64,000 nucleotides of DNA from Diplonema japonicum (GCA_964019335.1 OZ025666.1:124001-188000); one strand, 5' to 3'. Counted from the first letter of the stretch, positions 32,617 through 44,191 are shown. Notes: generated by a model not told the origin, from the sequence alone. A program made the numbers and translations.

Positions 32617-33441
32617 ATGGAATATGTCCTGATAGGGTTGGGGATAGCAGGAGTGCTAGGAGGTGTGGGAATGGGTGCTCTAGCGCTTTACAGAAGAGGA
32701 AAATACACAGAAAGGATAAAGGAAGGGGCCAACACGTTTGAAAACGAACGGGGGAAGGAACGGAGCCGATCGGGGAGCAAGCACTTTGTACCCACGATGC
32801 ATGACCACAACAACCACTCCACTGTTATCGATATGGATAGAACCGCACCCTTGTTGAAACACACAATAGAAGCTGTTGAAGACGCAGTCGCCACAAGAGA
32901 CGAGGAAGACATGAGAAGGGAGAGAGAGAGGGAGAAGGAGTTGCTAAAATCAATGCGCGAGGCAAAAAGAAAGCAATCTGAAGAGGCTTCAGAAAGAGAG
33001 CTACAAGAGAAACACCCTAATATCGACGTGTCAGCTTCACTCCACAGACAGCAACATCAAAGAAAAGGTTCCTCCCCCCGCCACACCCATCAAAGCCATA
33101 CCATTTCATCCCTTGCTTCACATCAGTTAGTAGAGGATGCGCACCTCAGCTGGATAGAGGATCAGGACCACTACCACCATCATGACTATCATCATCACGA
33201 TGCTGCGTTGACTTCTAACACATCTTCGCAAAACTACGCTCACTCTCAGCATATCACATCGCCCATTGGGAATCATTCCCACCACTTTGGGAACAAGGTT
33301 TCTGAGGAATACCTTGCTGCGGAGGAGAAAGCCGCCAAATCATTGAAACGCCCGCATAAACACCCACCTCCTTACCGCCGTATCGGGGATACACCGCGCG
33401 TTAGCAGGTCTTCTCAAAAGTCAACCACGCTTGTGCAATAA
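32617..33441 (+). CDS. Hypothetical protein, N-terminal membrane anchor, His-rich
   Basis: 274-aa ORF after ACACAG; hydrophobic N-terminus. Confidence 0.75.
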   Translation: MEYVLIGLGIAGVLGGVGMGALALYRRGKYTERIKEGANTFENERGKERSRSGSKHFVPTMHDHNNHSTVIDMDRTAPLLKHTIEAVEDAVATRDEEDMRREREREKELLKSMREAKRKQSEEASERELQEKHPNIDVSASLHRQQHQRKGSSPRHTHQSHTISSLASHQLVEDAHLSWIEDQDHYHHHDYHHHDAALTSNTSSQNYAHSQHITSPIGNHSHHFGNKVSEEYLAAEEKAAKSLKRPHKHPPPYRRIGDTPRVSRSSQKSTTLVQ

Positions 33442-34152
33442 TATAAAATAAAAGTGAACCTGGGAAGGGGGAGGAGGGGGGGGGGGGGGGGGGGTGATAC
33501 AAAACGAAAGAATAATAAGCCAGGGTGAACCTTTCCCGTTAAGGGAAAGCCATCCCTTCCTCCTTTAAAAGAAGAAGTTGTTGTTTACAAAAAAAAAAAA
33601 AAAAAGTAAATAAATAAATGGAGTTACTATTTTTTGCTGTTGCGGCCCCCCTTCTTTTTGTGCACTGCGGGATCACGACAAAGGAACTCTACTAAACCTT
33701 CTGGAGGTGTTGACATTTCACTCTCTGCCCAACCCTACACTCTTGCCAAACACCTTTCTAGCTTTACCTGTGCCTACACTCCTTCGCTCCTCTTTTGCCT
33801 GATAGATGAAGGAACGGGTCCGATTTGGGACTATTTTGTCTTAGTTTACCCCCCTTCTTATTCTTTTTTTTTCTTCTGGTTCGGTTCTTTCTTCCCCTTC
33901 TATTTTGCATTTCTCCAAAAGTGGTTAATATTTTCTTCTTTTTCTTCTCTCCTTTTCTTTAAAATGTCTCTTTTCTTTTCTTTTTTTAGTTCGAGAACTT
34001 GTTAAAAGAAGAGAACCCTCTTCTCCCCCCCCCCCTTTTTTCATTCTTTCCACCTTTGGTTGGCAGTTGGTAGTAGCAAGCACTCTCCCCTCCCGCCATA
34101 AAGAATCCCCCCTCTCTTTTTTCTTCTTTCCCTCTCCCCTCCTTCGATTGAA

Positions 34153-34188
<36 letters not shown>

Positions 34189-34948
34189 GTGTTGATGCCC
34201 AAAGGCAACTGCATGTATAGGAACACGGAAAGTATCAGAATGGGAAATAGAGGAAGAACAACAAAAAAGAAGAGAAAATAAAAACGTAATTTTTTCCGAG
34301 TTGATGACAAAAAAAAAGAAAAAAAAAGGAAAAAAAAAAGGGGGCCAGTGCTGCTGTCAACATCCGGCCGTGTTTTTCTGTTTTGGTGTTTTCCTCTTTT
34401 TCTGCACAAAGAAAGGGGGAGAAATAACAAAAGAGAACGACATAAAAAAAGCCCCTCTAATAAAAAAAAATAAAAAATAAGTGCGTCTGCTTCCATTCTT
34501 TTTGTTTCTGTTTTTGATGTGCGGGTGCTCACATTGCTGTGCACCCTTTTGATTGAGAGGGATTGCGGCGTCTGCTAGCACGGACGGAGAAAAGATTACT
34601 CGTAGGAGGCAACCAAGCAACCCAAAGTCATTTTCTTCTTTTTGGTTTTGTTTTCTCCCCCCCCCTTCCTTCTTTCCTCCCCCCCCCCCCCTTTAATGAA
34701 AAGGAGACACTAATAGGTAATAGGGAATTACAGGTAGCAAAAGTGCCCTGTATTTTGGAAGAAAAAAAAATCCATTCGCCCTTCATTCTTATTCTTATAT
34801 AGGATTTGCCCCCCCCTTTTTTTTATTTGTTTCTGTTCCTCTGAACCTCCTAAAGCTGTCCTCCCGCATTTCCCTTTGGTGTATATTCCTTCTTTTCTTC
34901 CTTCTTCTTCTCCCCTCCTATCACAAAAAAAGGGAGAAGAAAAAAAAA

Positions 34949-36088
34949 ATGTTCCAGTCACGCCAACAGCAGGAGCAGAATGAAGCAAGGGAATTTATAC
35001 AGAGGTTGTTGGTTACAGCGGCAGTGCAGGGGGTGGTGATGGGTGGTGGAATGTGGATGCTCAACAGAGCGATCCATGGTTCGAGCAGCAAAACAGTGAA
35101 GATCAAAGGGAAGTGGCTTCGGCTAACCAACAGCGAGGCAAGCCTCGTGGAGTCGCTGACAGACGTCGCGGAGATCGACGGCGGGTTCGAAAAGGTGGGC
35201 GGGCTAGAAACCGCAAAACGAATTCTAATGGAAAGCATAGTTGCTCCGTTTCAATACTCCCAAGTTTTTTCCCAGGGATCGCTCAGAACATCTCCAAAAG
35301 GAGTTCTACTATTCGGCCCCCCTGGAACAGGAAAGACTCTTCTAGCAAAGGCTATCGCAAAGGCGTGCCAAGCTTCGTTTCTAGAGGTTAAAGTGGAAAA
35401 CCTCTTCGGGAAATGGTTGGGGGAATCAGAACAGACGGTGGCAGCGATCTTCACGCTAGCAAAGAAAGCTCAACCTTGTATAATATTTGTTGATGAGTTG
35501 GATTCGCTGCTTTCACACAGATCGTCTTCAGACGCTCATGCGTATTCCAATGCAAAGACTATCTTCTTGAGGCATTGGGACGGGTTTTCTACAAACGAAT
35601 CAAAGAATAAAATTGTGGTGATTGGTGCGTCGAACTGCCCTGAAGTCCTCGACTCAGCAGTCATGAGGAGAATGCCTGTTAAGATAGAGATACCTTACCC
35701 GAACCTTGCCGAGCGTGAAAATATTCTTCGTATTTTATTAAAGGAGGAGGATACGTCAAAGGTCGACTTTGCAGAAATCGCTAAATGTACTGTGAATTAC
35801 TCCGGGGCTGATTTGAAGGAGTTGTGCCAACACGCGTGTCGTGTGCAGGCCTTGGAGCTTATCAGCAAGAAGGGTATTCAGCCCACCCCGCCCCCTCCGC
35901 CTCCTTCTTTTTTCGAAACATATTTCGGGGCTTCGCGGACCCCGGTGCCTCCTTCCCCTTATACCCCTCCTCCTCTTGACACCGCTCTCATCATCTCCTG
36001 TACCTCAGTTGTGAAGTCCAACGAGAACTTCTCCGACGATTTGCTGAAGCGGAGAGCTGCCAAACCTATTTTCCAACCGCTGGACTGA
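34949..36088 (+). CDS. MSP1: Msp1/ATAD1-like AAA+ ATPase
   Basis: N-terminal TM; PKGVLLFGPPGTGKT, IIFVDELD, HWDG, MRRMP. Confidence 0.88.
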   Translation: MFQSRQQQEQNEAREFIQRLLVTAAVQGVVMGGGMWMLNRAIHGSSSKTVKIKGKWLRLTNSEASLVESLTDVAEIDGGFEKVGGLETAKRILMESIVAPFQYSQVFSQGSLRTSPKGVLLFGPPGTGKTLLAKAIAKACQASFLEVKVENLFGKWLGESEQTVAAIFTLAKKAQPCIIFVDELDSLLSHRSSSDAHAYSNAKTIFLRHWDGFSTNESKNKIVVIGASNCPEVLDSAVMRRMPVKIEIPYPNLAERENILRILLKEEDTSKVDFAEIAKCTVNYSGADLKELCQHACRVQALELISKKGIQPTPPPPPPSFFETYFGASRTPVPPSPYTPPPLDTALIISCTSVVKSNENFSDDLLKRRAAKPIFQPLD

Positions 36089-36299
36089 GATGTGTTATCA
36101 TAAAGATGTTAGGTGAGATGTTTTGCTTTTTACATTGAGTACATGTGACTTATATCACTTTCTTTTTTCTTTTCTTTTTTTTTTTTTTTTTTTTTTTATT
36201 TTAGTTATTAGGATGCCTGATGGCAGATAGAAGAGGAGGGGGAGGAGAAAGGAAAAAAAAAAAAAAAAAAAAAGAATAGGATAGGATTTCGATGCATAG

Positions 36300-36357
<58 letters not shown>

Positions 36358-36481
36358 CTTCTTTCTCTGTTGTTTCTTTATCTTTTTTTTTTGATGCGGA
36401 GGGAATGTTGCTGTCAAAGTAAAAAAAAAGAAAAAAAAAAGAAAAAAAAAAAAGAGAAGAAAAAGAAAATAGTAAATAGAA

Positions 36482-37946
36482 ATGGCGATGTTCCCCGACT
36501 GCCCGCAGCATGATGTTAAGGTGAAGCTGATGTTCAGCGAGTTTGACGTTCGCAAAACACAAACCATCGACATCGAGGGGCTCATTGTTGTGTTCAAGCG
36601 CCTTGCGATCTCCTTCAGCACTGCGACCATCAACGACCTGTTCGAGAGGGGGGACGCCAACGGTGATGGGGTCATCAACATTTCCGAGTTCAGGCGATTC
36701 TGCGAGTTCTACCCCACCCTGCTCGACTGCTTGTACTACCGAGCGAAGGACTACTGGACCAACGAGGCGCAGAAGGAAGGCATTGACGAGATGAGGCGTC
36801 TCCTCGACGAGCTGCGTGGTGCGGAGGGCATCTGTGAACGCGAGTTGACAAACAGCAAGATCAACGTGGAGGAGGCCGAGCGCCGCCTCCTGGCACAGGC
36901 CCAGTCCCTCGTCGAGTCCCAACGCAAGGAGACAGACGCCAAGGCGCAGATCGACATGGCGCACGAGACCACCGAGAGGGGCCGTGCTGAGCTGCGTGAC
37001 AAGGTCGCCGACCTGAACCGCAACAAAGACATCGAAAGACAAAGACAGCTGGAGCTGTCTGAGAGGCAGAAGACACTTGAGAACTCGATTCGAAGGCTGC
37101 AGCAGCAAGAGGGCGAGGTGACCAAGGCACAGGAGAGGCTCCGCGATATCGAGAGGATGCTTGCCGAGCAGCAACGGGAAGTCGAACGTCAGATCAATGG
37201 CGCCGAGAGATGCAGGGCAGACGCAGAGGAGGAGGAGCGCAAGGAGGCTGAGGCACATGCCATCACAGCAGAAGCGCTGCGCTCCGTGCACCAGGCTGCT
37301 GACGACGTTGCTATGGCAGAAGAGCAACTTGCACAAGTGGCAGAGCAGGAGAGGCAGGCGGCAGTGGCACTTCGCGACGCTGCTGAAGAGACGTCCCGAC
37401 AGCTAGGGAGGAAGGACGCTGACCAGAGGGCACTTCTTGCGGCACAGCAGATGGCAGGGGCACGAGTGACAGAGCTGGCGGCAGCAGCGGAGGCCACTGG
37501 GGAACACGAGAGGCTGCTGCAGCAGCAGATGCAGGAGAACCAGGACTTCGCGGATAAGAGGAAGCAGGTAGATGACGAGGAGGCGCCTCTTGTAGAGCAG
37601 GAGGTCCGTCTGAGGGAACAGAGGGAGAACCTGGAGAGGAAGGAGTCGAGGCTGAGGAATGACTTCACTGCCTTTGCAGGACGCACCACACACCAGAGAG
37701 GCGAGTCACCAAGGCCATCGCCTCGGGGCCCCTCGCCTGTTCCTTCTGCCCTTGCTGCCGTGTCGCCGAAGGCAGCTGAGCCTCTCCCTGTCATATCGTC
37801 CCCACGATCCGTTCCCGCCTACACTGTGGAGGCTGCCAGGTCTTCTTCTTACGCTTACTACTCTGAGGTATGTGCTGCAATATTCACCCAATAACACAAA
37901 GGTGGCTAAACCTACCTCTATCCCCCGCTCTCACCACTACGCGTGA
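36482..37946 (+). CDS. BILBO1-like EF-hand + coiled-coil protein lacking the N-terminal domain; intron 37868-37901
   Basis: DLFERGDANGDGVINISEF..YPTLLDCLYYR followed by a long coiled coil. Confidence 0.75.
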
Positions 37947-38452
37947 GTATGTACGCTGGACTTGCAGTCTTGCTTGTATTTCTTTTTTGTATTGTACATG
38001 TTTTTATTTCCCTTCTCTTCCCTTTTGCCCCTTCCTGTGGAAATGTCCTATTCTTACTCATTTCCCGCTGTACACCATGGTACCATGGCACCGTGCGTTC
38101 TTTTCTCCCCCCTCCCCCTCTTCTTTTCTGCCTTCTTCTTCCGCGTTACAGTATATTAAAACAGAAAAAAAAAAATGATGAAGGAAAAAGGAAATGAATT
38201 CTCCCCCCCCCATTATTTTTTAAGCACTCCTTTTATGACAACCTGTTGAAGTCGGGGTATCAAAATCTCTCTTTTTCAGTTTTTTTTTTCCCTTTCTTCC
38301 CTCTTCTTTTGCTCTTGTTGTTGTTGTTGTTGTTGTATTACCCCCCCTTCCCCCCCAATCCACTCGCATTTTCGGAAACAGCGCCCGCACTGCAAGGACA
38401 GGAAGTTCCACCTTGCTTTACAAGTCTCATTGTCGCCAAAAACCAAGCATAG

Positions 38453-38588
38453 GCACCTCGGCCGCTTCTGCGTTCCGCGTCGTGTCCTTAATGCATGCGG
38501 TGCGCAGCTCAACCCCAGCCCTGGGTAACCAAGATCCTGCGCTTATCTGCAATTTGTTCTTCCACTCAGGCGCTACAGGAGATGACCG
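38453..38588 (+). repeat. Dispersed repeat copy B
   Basis: Reverse complement of blocks in 22889-23069. Confidence 0.85.
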
Positions 38589-38608
38589 GCCAAGTGGACG
38601 GAGGGAAA

Positions 38609-38670
38609 TGCCTGTTTGTCGCACTGCCTGTTCGTCGCACTGCCTGTTTGTCGCACTGCCTGTTTGTCGC
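38609..38670. repeat. 16-bp minisatellite (TGCCTGTTTGTCGCAC) x ~3.9
   Basis: Direct inspection; no spacers between units. Confidence 0.95.
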
Positions 38671-38935
38671 CCCGAGCACCTGTTTAAGATCGTGATTGCG
38701 GCGAGTTCAGGAAACAAGACCAATCCTGCAACAATGTCAGCGTGTCACTGCAGGGATGTACAAATTATTGAGGACTCTCTGCTCTTCGATGGCATCTCTT
38801 AGGTATCTCCTCCTGACGAGGTTTTCATGCTATAGTAGCTTCAGTGCTGAGCTTTTCTAAGGGAAATACAAACATTCTCCCACCAAAAAAAAAAAAAAAA
38901 AAAAAAAAGGCGCCGCGTAAAATAGAACACAAAAA

Positions 38936-39340
38936 ATGTTGAGAGCAACGGGAACGAGGATGGGTGCGTCCCTGAACACGAGAGACCTGTTTAGGCAGAT
39001 TGAGCCCACCCCCATGAGGAACTGGAGGGGCGTGTATGAAGAGAAGCTTGCCCCCCACGCCACCACGAAGGAGGCGATCCACAAGCACATGGAGCACGTG
39101 TACGGGAAGGGGTATGACACTATGAACGAGGCCAACTTCCCCTACCCTCTGATGTACTCCATCCCCTTGTTCCTGTGGATGATGTACCTCTTCTGCGGTG
39201 ATGACTGGGCCAACCCAACTGGCACTGAGCACCCCTGGTTGACCTTCAACCCCAAGAACGCCGACGGGAGCACAGTGATGCCTCTGGAGCCCTGCCACCC
39301 CAGCCCTCTCTTCGCAGAGAGCGTTTCAGTCAGGAACTAG
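38936..39340 (+). CDS. Small single-TM protein with mitochondrial-type presequence
   Basis: MLRATGTR..; strong GC3 bias; hydrophobic PLMYSIPLFLWMMYLFC. Confidence 0.8.
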   Translation: MLRATGTRMGASLNTRDLFRQIEPTPMRNWRGVYEEKLAPHATTKEAIHKHMEHVYGKGYDTMNEANFPYPLMYSIPLFLWMMYLFCGDDWANPTGTEHPWLTFNPKNADGSTVMPLEPCHPSPLFAESVSVRN

Positions 39341-40049
39341 ATGATAATCAAATGGTTTTTTTTTTCTTTTTCTTTTTTTTTTTTATTCGGGAAAAGTGTT
39401 TTTTTTTTTTTTTGGGTTTTCTTTGTTCACCACACAGTGTCTATATCAATCTCCCCCCCCCCCCCCCCCCCCCGATCCTTTTTTATTTCGGAGACATGGG
39501 AGGGCTTTAAAAAAAAAAACGAGATTCTTTTTTATATCCACACCTTTATTTTGTTCCCTCCCCATTATTTATCCCATTTTTTTAAAAAATTTCTTTTTTT
39601 TTTTTACCACCCCGAAGATGAGCAAAGAAAGAAGAGTGCTACTTTCTTTTACCTATGAGAGTAAAGTAAAATACAAAAAGTAGTTTCTTGTTTTTCTTTT
39701 TTGAAATTTCTTTTAGCTCCATATACTCTTATTGTTTTTTTTTATATCTCCCCTTTCCTCATACCTTTCTTCTTCCTGATCTGTTAAATAAACAAATGAA
39801 ATAAAAAATGGGGGGGGGTTTCATCCCTTGTTAATCCACTAAGGAAGAAGTAGTGACGAATATGGGAAACTTATACTGTTATTTTTTTTTTTCCTTTATT
39901 TTTTTTTTATACTTTTTTTTTTCTTCACTCCCATGCTGCCCCGATTGTATTTTTTTAAAAGAACCCTCCCCATTTTTTCTCTTTTGCTTCAGGCAGGGGG
40001 AAAAAAACACACACAAAGGAAGGGAGGAAAAAAAAAAAAAAAAAAAAAA

Positions 40050-40806
40050 ATGAAAAGCGCAGCAAATGTAGTGCGAAAAACCTGGGATACCGCGGAGTAC
40101 GCAAAGAAGGCAGCCGAGAGAAAGATAAGAGAGGAACAAAATGAAAAGTATGGCAGCGTTGAGTGACTCACACAATTTTTTTCCTTTTTTTCTTTTCCCC
40201 CAACAGGTCGAAGAAAACGGAGAAGAAAAAGATGAACTTCCCAGCTTTAAAACCTGATACCGGTAGTGGTGCACCTAGGAGAGAATATCTTTCGGCGAGA
40301 GGTATTTAAACAAAACAAAAAAAAAAAAAAAAAAAAAAAAAAATCCACACACAGACACGGACCTCGAAATAGACGAAAACATAGGCAAGAAAACCCTTCA
40401 GCAGGGTGAGGGGGAGGCAGCATCGGCACAGGGAGGGTTTTACTGCGACACATGTGACATGAATTTCAAAGACTCTCTCAGCTTCGTGTCTCACAAGAAC
40501 GGCAAGAAGCATCAGAAGATGCTAGGCGTGTCCATGGTGGTGGCCAAGTCTAGCCTTACAGACGTTAAAAGCAAATTCGCTCTGCTGAAAGCGCAGAAGG
40601 ATCTAGACGACGCAGGCAGAACTAGAGCCATCGAAGACAGAATGCGAAAGAGGCAGCTCGAATGGGAACAAGACGAGGAAAAGAAAAAGCTGGCCCGACG
40701 GAACGCGAAAAAACAAAAGAAAGAACGAGAGCGCAACGAAAACACGGAAGAGATTCCTGAGGATGACGAGATGATGCGGGTCATGGGGTTTTCCTCCTTC
40801 AAATAA
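40050..40806 (+). CDS. ZMAT2: Snu23/ZMAT2 spliceosomal zinc-finger protein; introns 40148-40206, 40302-40354
   Basis: RKTWDTAEY, REYLSAR, GGFYCDTCD..FKDS..HKNGKKHQ, MMRVMGFSSF. Confidence 0.92.
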
Positions 40807-40887
40807 AACAAAAACAAAAAAAAAAAAAAATCACCACCCAATTTTTTTTTTTTTTTTTTTTTTTTGTCTTGCTGTAAAGTTTTGCCC

Positions 40888-42360
40888 ATGGAAGCATATT
40901 CCCCCCTCCAGGATTGCATGGAATGCTACGTAATAACAGCAACAATGCCACACACCAGTCCAACTCATGGGGTGTAGCCCCCACCCCTGCAACTCCCCCC
41001 CCTGAATGGGGTCCTGGCGTCATCACTGTGACACGCGAATCGCACGAACCAGGACTAGGTATGACATAGTGTTGCGGGAATTCTATTTTTCTTCTTTTGA
41101 AACAATTGTTACAATTCCACAGGAATGACAATTGAGCACTTAGTGCTCATCTCTGTTCGACCCGAAAGCCCTGCAGGGAGAGCTGGCGTACAGGTTATGC
41201 TCGGCAGGAGGATCACCCATGTATGACCCCAGAAAGAAAAACACACTCCAACGCAACAGATAAACGACCAGCCGGTAAGAGACAATTTCGATATAGAAAG
41301 GCTCACACAAGGGCCGATCGCAAGGTTCCGGTTCAGCCCTCTGGTGTCAGGGACATCGGAGGAGCACATGGTCAACACAATCAACAAACTGAAGGAGCAG
41401 GGCGCCAACATGACGTTGCGGCGTCGGCACCGTGACGTGCCCCTTGGGATAGATCTCAGGGAGCCGGGGCTCACCTTAGAGACCATTGACGCCAAGAGCC
41501 CTGCAGCGGATGCAGGGTTGCAGCGTTTCATAGGCCACCAGCTGACACACGCGAACGGGAGGTACGTGACAACAACAACAGACGTTATGCTTGCATCGGA
41601 GGGGCTCACTACTGTTGAGCTTCGGTTCAAGCCCCATATCTGCGGTGTCACCGTAGTGCGGGCTACTGAGCGCACACCATGGGGCTTCTCGGTAGGGTCC
41701 CTCAACCTCGAGGTGATGGAAGTGTACCCCAACAGCCCTGGCGACCGTGCAGGCCTAGAGAACTGGATCAACCACAAGGTCACACACGTAAACGGAAAAC
41801 ACATAAAGTCCTCCCACGACCTGGTTGAAATCATGAAGTCACCTGCAAAAGAGCTGCAAATCCGACTCTCGCCGTGGTCCTCAGAAGAGGAGGCCGAGAT
41901 TCCTTCTGAAGGCCTCAGGCAAGAAGATGTTAAAGTGAACCTCCGTCCCGGCACAGGACTTGGCATGGCCTTGTCCACAATTGGGTTAATATTGGAAAAG
42001 GTGCAACCAGGTTCACCAGCAGACGAGGCGGCCTTGTTGCCAGCGTTCAAAGGATGGAAGTTATCCCACGTCAACGGGCAGGCTGTGAAGACAGTCGATG
42101 AAGTGGGTGAACTGGCATACTCCCCTGAGGCACCGCACGCATGGTTTCGCTTCCAGCAGCTCACTGCGGACACGGTTGTCTCTCCTGACACCATTGCCAG
42201 CGACAACATCAATGTCCAGAAGTACAGGGAATGGCTGAAGAGAAGGTCTTCTGACCGTGACAGAGCCAACTCCCCTCCCGCTTCCCACCCTGGGCTCATA
42301 CACCTCCCGAAGTACTCTTCTCCATTGTTCTTGTCGTCCACAGGACACAAGTTCGCTTAG
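40888..42360 (+). CDS. Protein with four PDZ-like repeats; introns 40930-40958, 41059-41122, 41221-41259
   Basis: Repeated G(M/I/F)..L..V.P.SPA..AG....ITH(V/I)NG; exons join in frame. The 5' exon is the least certain. Confidence 0.75.
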
Positions 42361-42506
42361 CCCTCCGTTCCGTTCCGTTCACCATGTATCTTATGTTCTT
42401 TTTCTTTTCTTTTCTTTTTCTCTTCTTTTTCTTGTTCATTCTATATTCTTACGTTTTTGCGGCCTTCCCGAAAATATGAACTTTTTCGTCACACTGACAA
42501 CGGCCA

Positions 42507-42578
42507 GGTGGTCACAGCTAGTGGCAGCCCCAGCGACCCTCCATGGATCTGACCACCCGTTCCGACTCACCCAGATCA
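42507..42578 (+). ncRNA. H1 AGA-box snoRNA copy
   Basis: Matches 7920-7991. Confidence 0.85.
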
Positions 42579-42637
42579 CACTGTTAAAGTGTTGCTGTTC
42601 CCTTTTTTTTCTCTCAATTATTTAGAATGAACGAAAA

Positions 42638-42736
42638 ATGATGAAAATATATTCTGTCAGTGCTGGCACCAGAGCAGAGCTGCGGAGGGGTAGCACCCTT
42701 TGTGACCATGAGCACATTTTAATATTCCGCTGCTGA
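42638..42736 (+). ncRNA. C1 box C/D snoRNA copy
   Basis: Boxes and guide intact. Confidence 0.85.
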
Positions 42737-42775
42737 AAAAAGAATTAAAAAAAGTGAAGATACTTTTTCAAGACA

Positions 42776-42845
42776 CCACGGGGTGCAATTCTGCTGGGCC
42801 GAACGACCTCATGTTCCTCATCAGCGGGAAACACCCCGGAGATGG
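42776..42845 (+). ncRNA. H2 AGA-box snoRNA copy
   Basis: Matches 8176-8245. Confidence 0.82.
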
Positions 42846-42871
42846 GAGGAGGGGTTGTGAAGAAGGCGAGA

Positions 42872-42964
42872 ACAACGAGTGATGACCAACACGAGGCATT
42901 TGTCTGAACAATTTTTGCGACGATTATAAAAACGTATTCTACCTTAACTTATCGCTGACGTTGT
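42872..42964 (+). ncRNA. C2 box C/D snoRNA copy
   Basis: Matches 8273-8366. Confidence 0.88.
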
Positions 42965-43023
42965 GTTGCCGAAATGGGGTATTGCTTTTGGTGTTTGTTT
43001 TTTTGTTTTTGAAAGAGAGGCGA

Positions 43024-43126
43024 ATGACGAGACACAAACCATGACTCCAGACAGGTTGCGATGTGACAATCTCAGCCTCATGCTTGAAACCGATCGAGTC
43101 AAACAAGTGCAGGATCAACCACCTGA
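43024..43126 (+). ncRNA. C3 box C/D snoRNA copy
   Basis: Matches 8441-8543. Confidence 0.85.
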
Positions 43127-43186
43127 CTTTCCTTCCTTTCTGTTTCCTGTGTTGCTCATAAGACCAATATACCCCACAAAGGCTAG

Positions 43187-43287
43187 CTGATGACAAACCA
43201 TATTTCTATATTTCACCTCTGACGCTTTGAGGGGTCTGCCCGAAAGGGTGGGCTCAGTTTGAAAATACAAATTTTTCGTCTCACTGA
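43187..43287 (+). ncRNA. C4 box C/D snoRNA copy
   Basis: Matches 8604-8704. Confidence 0.75.
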
Positions 43288-43331
43288 CAATGCCATTTCT
43301 ACTCTGGCCTCATGGCACCCCACTCTTCCCT

Positions 43332-43428
43332 GTGATGATAATGCACTCCGTTTATCTTTGTAGGTTGGGACAACTGAGCACCTTGTGTGTTGAAGATGCT
43401 GCATCAGGATTATTATCTAAACAACTGA
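43332..43428 (+). ncRNA. C5 box C/D snoRNA copy
   Basis: Matches 8749-8845. Confidence 0.82.
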
Positions 43429-43476
43429 GAAGGAGCAACAAGAGCGGAGGCCTTTTTGACCGACATGAACCTTGAA

Positions 43477-43548
43477 GGTGGTCACAGCTAGTGGCAGCCC
43501 CAGCGACCCTCCATGGATCTGACCACCCGTTCCGACTCACCCAGATCA
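43477..43548 (+). ncRNA. H1 AGA-box snoRNA copy
   Basis: Matches 7920-7991. Confidence 0.85.
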
Positions 43549-43614
43549 CACTGTCAAGGTGTTTTCTCTTTTTTTTTTTTTGTAGAACATCCCAGCTTTT
43601 TTTTTTTGGAGAAA

Positions 43615-43713
43615 ATGATGAAAATATATTCTGTCAGTGCTGGCACCAGAGCAGAGCTGCGGAGGGGTAGCACCCTTTGTGACCATGAGCACATTTTAAT
43701 ATTCCGCTGCTGA
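43615..43713 (+). ncRNA. C1 box C/D snoRNA copy
   Basis: Boxes and guide intact. Confidence 0.85.
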
Positions 43714-43759
43714 AATAAAAAAGGAAAGAAATACGATTTAAGAAAAGAAGATGAGAAAA

Positions 43760-44151
43760 GTAGCCCAGGCAGTGATGAAAAGACAGGAGTGAGGAGCATG
43801 AGCGGGGAGGGAGGGGGCTGCGCAGAAGGAACCGTACACAGGAAGGGGTCCCTGTTTGGGGGCGGCCTTCCTCCGCAAGATCCTTTTGGGTAAAGTCCCT
43901 GAGAAAAGCGGCGGGCTGGGTTCGCGCTGCTTGCACCTCTCCGGGAGGCCATCCCTGCAAGAGGGTGCGGGTGTGGTTTCTGCACCTGCGCTGTGCGGGG
44001 TTCGCCCCTGCTGCAGCGGCACCTGGAAGGGCGGCAGCGTGGGGCCCGTCGTGAAGACAGTCATGCAGCCACTGGGACCCTTGTCCCGCAACCTCAAGAG
44101 GGCTTATCCTCCCTCCCCGTGCTCCCGCTCTTTGTCTGCTGAGCCTGCTAC
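43760..44151 (+). ncRNA. RNase MRP RNA (RNase P/MRP family) enclosed by box C/D termini
   Basis: P4 AAG(T)CCCT 43893-43900 with AGGGCTT 44099-44105 (bulged U); P1 CGGGGAGGGAGG 43803-43814 with CCTCCCTCCCCG 44108-44119; P2 GGCTGCG/TGCAGCC; P3 with internal loop 43825-43870; CR-IV-like ACAGTCAT; P19 GGGAC/GTCCC; box C 43772-43778; box D 44139-44142. Confidence 0.85.
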
Positions 44152-44191
44152 ATCTTTTTTTTTTTGGTTTTTCCTGGCTTTAAAAAAAAAA

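Noticed and set aside
33440-34950. Poly-Phe/poly-Lys ORFs in homopolymer-rich spacers (also 3.1-3.6, 36.1-36.5, 39.3-40.0 kb)
   Set aside because: Translations of A/T/C/G runs whose lengths may also be sequencing-inflated.
43760-44151. RNase P RNA, U3 or telomerase RNA as alternative identities
   Set aside because: The P4 strands match the MRP pattern rather than nuclear P; I see no U3-type SSU complementarity and no telomeric template. A covariance search is still needed.
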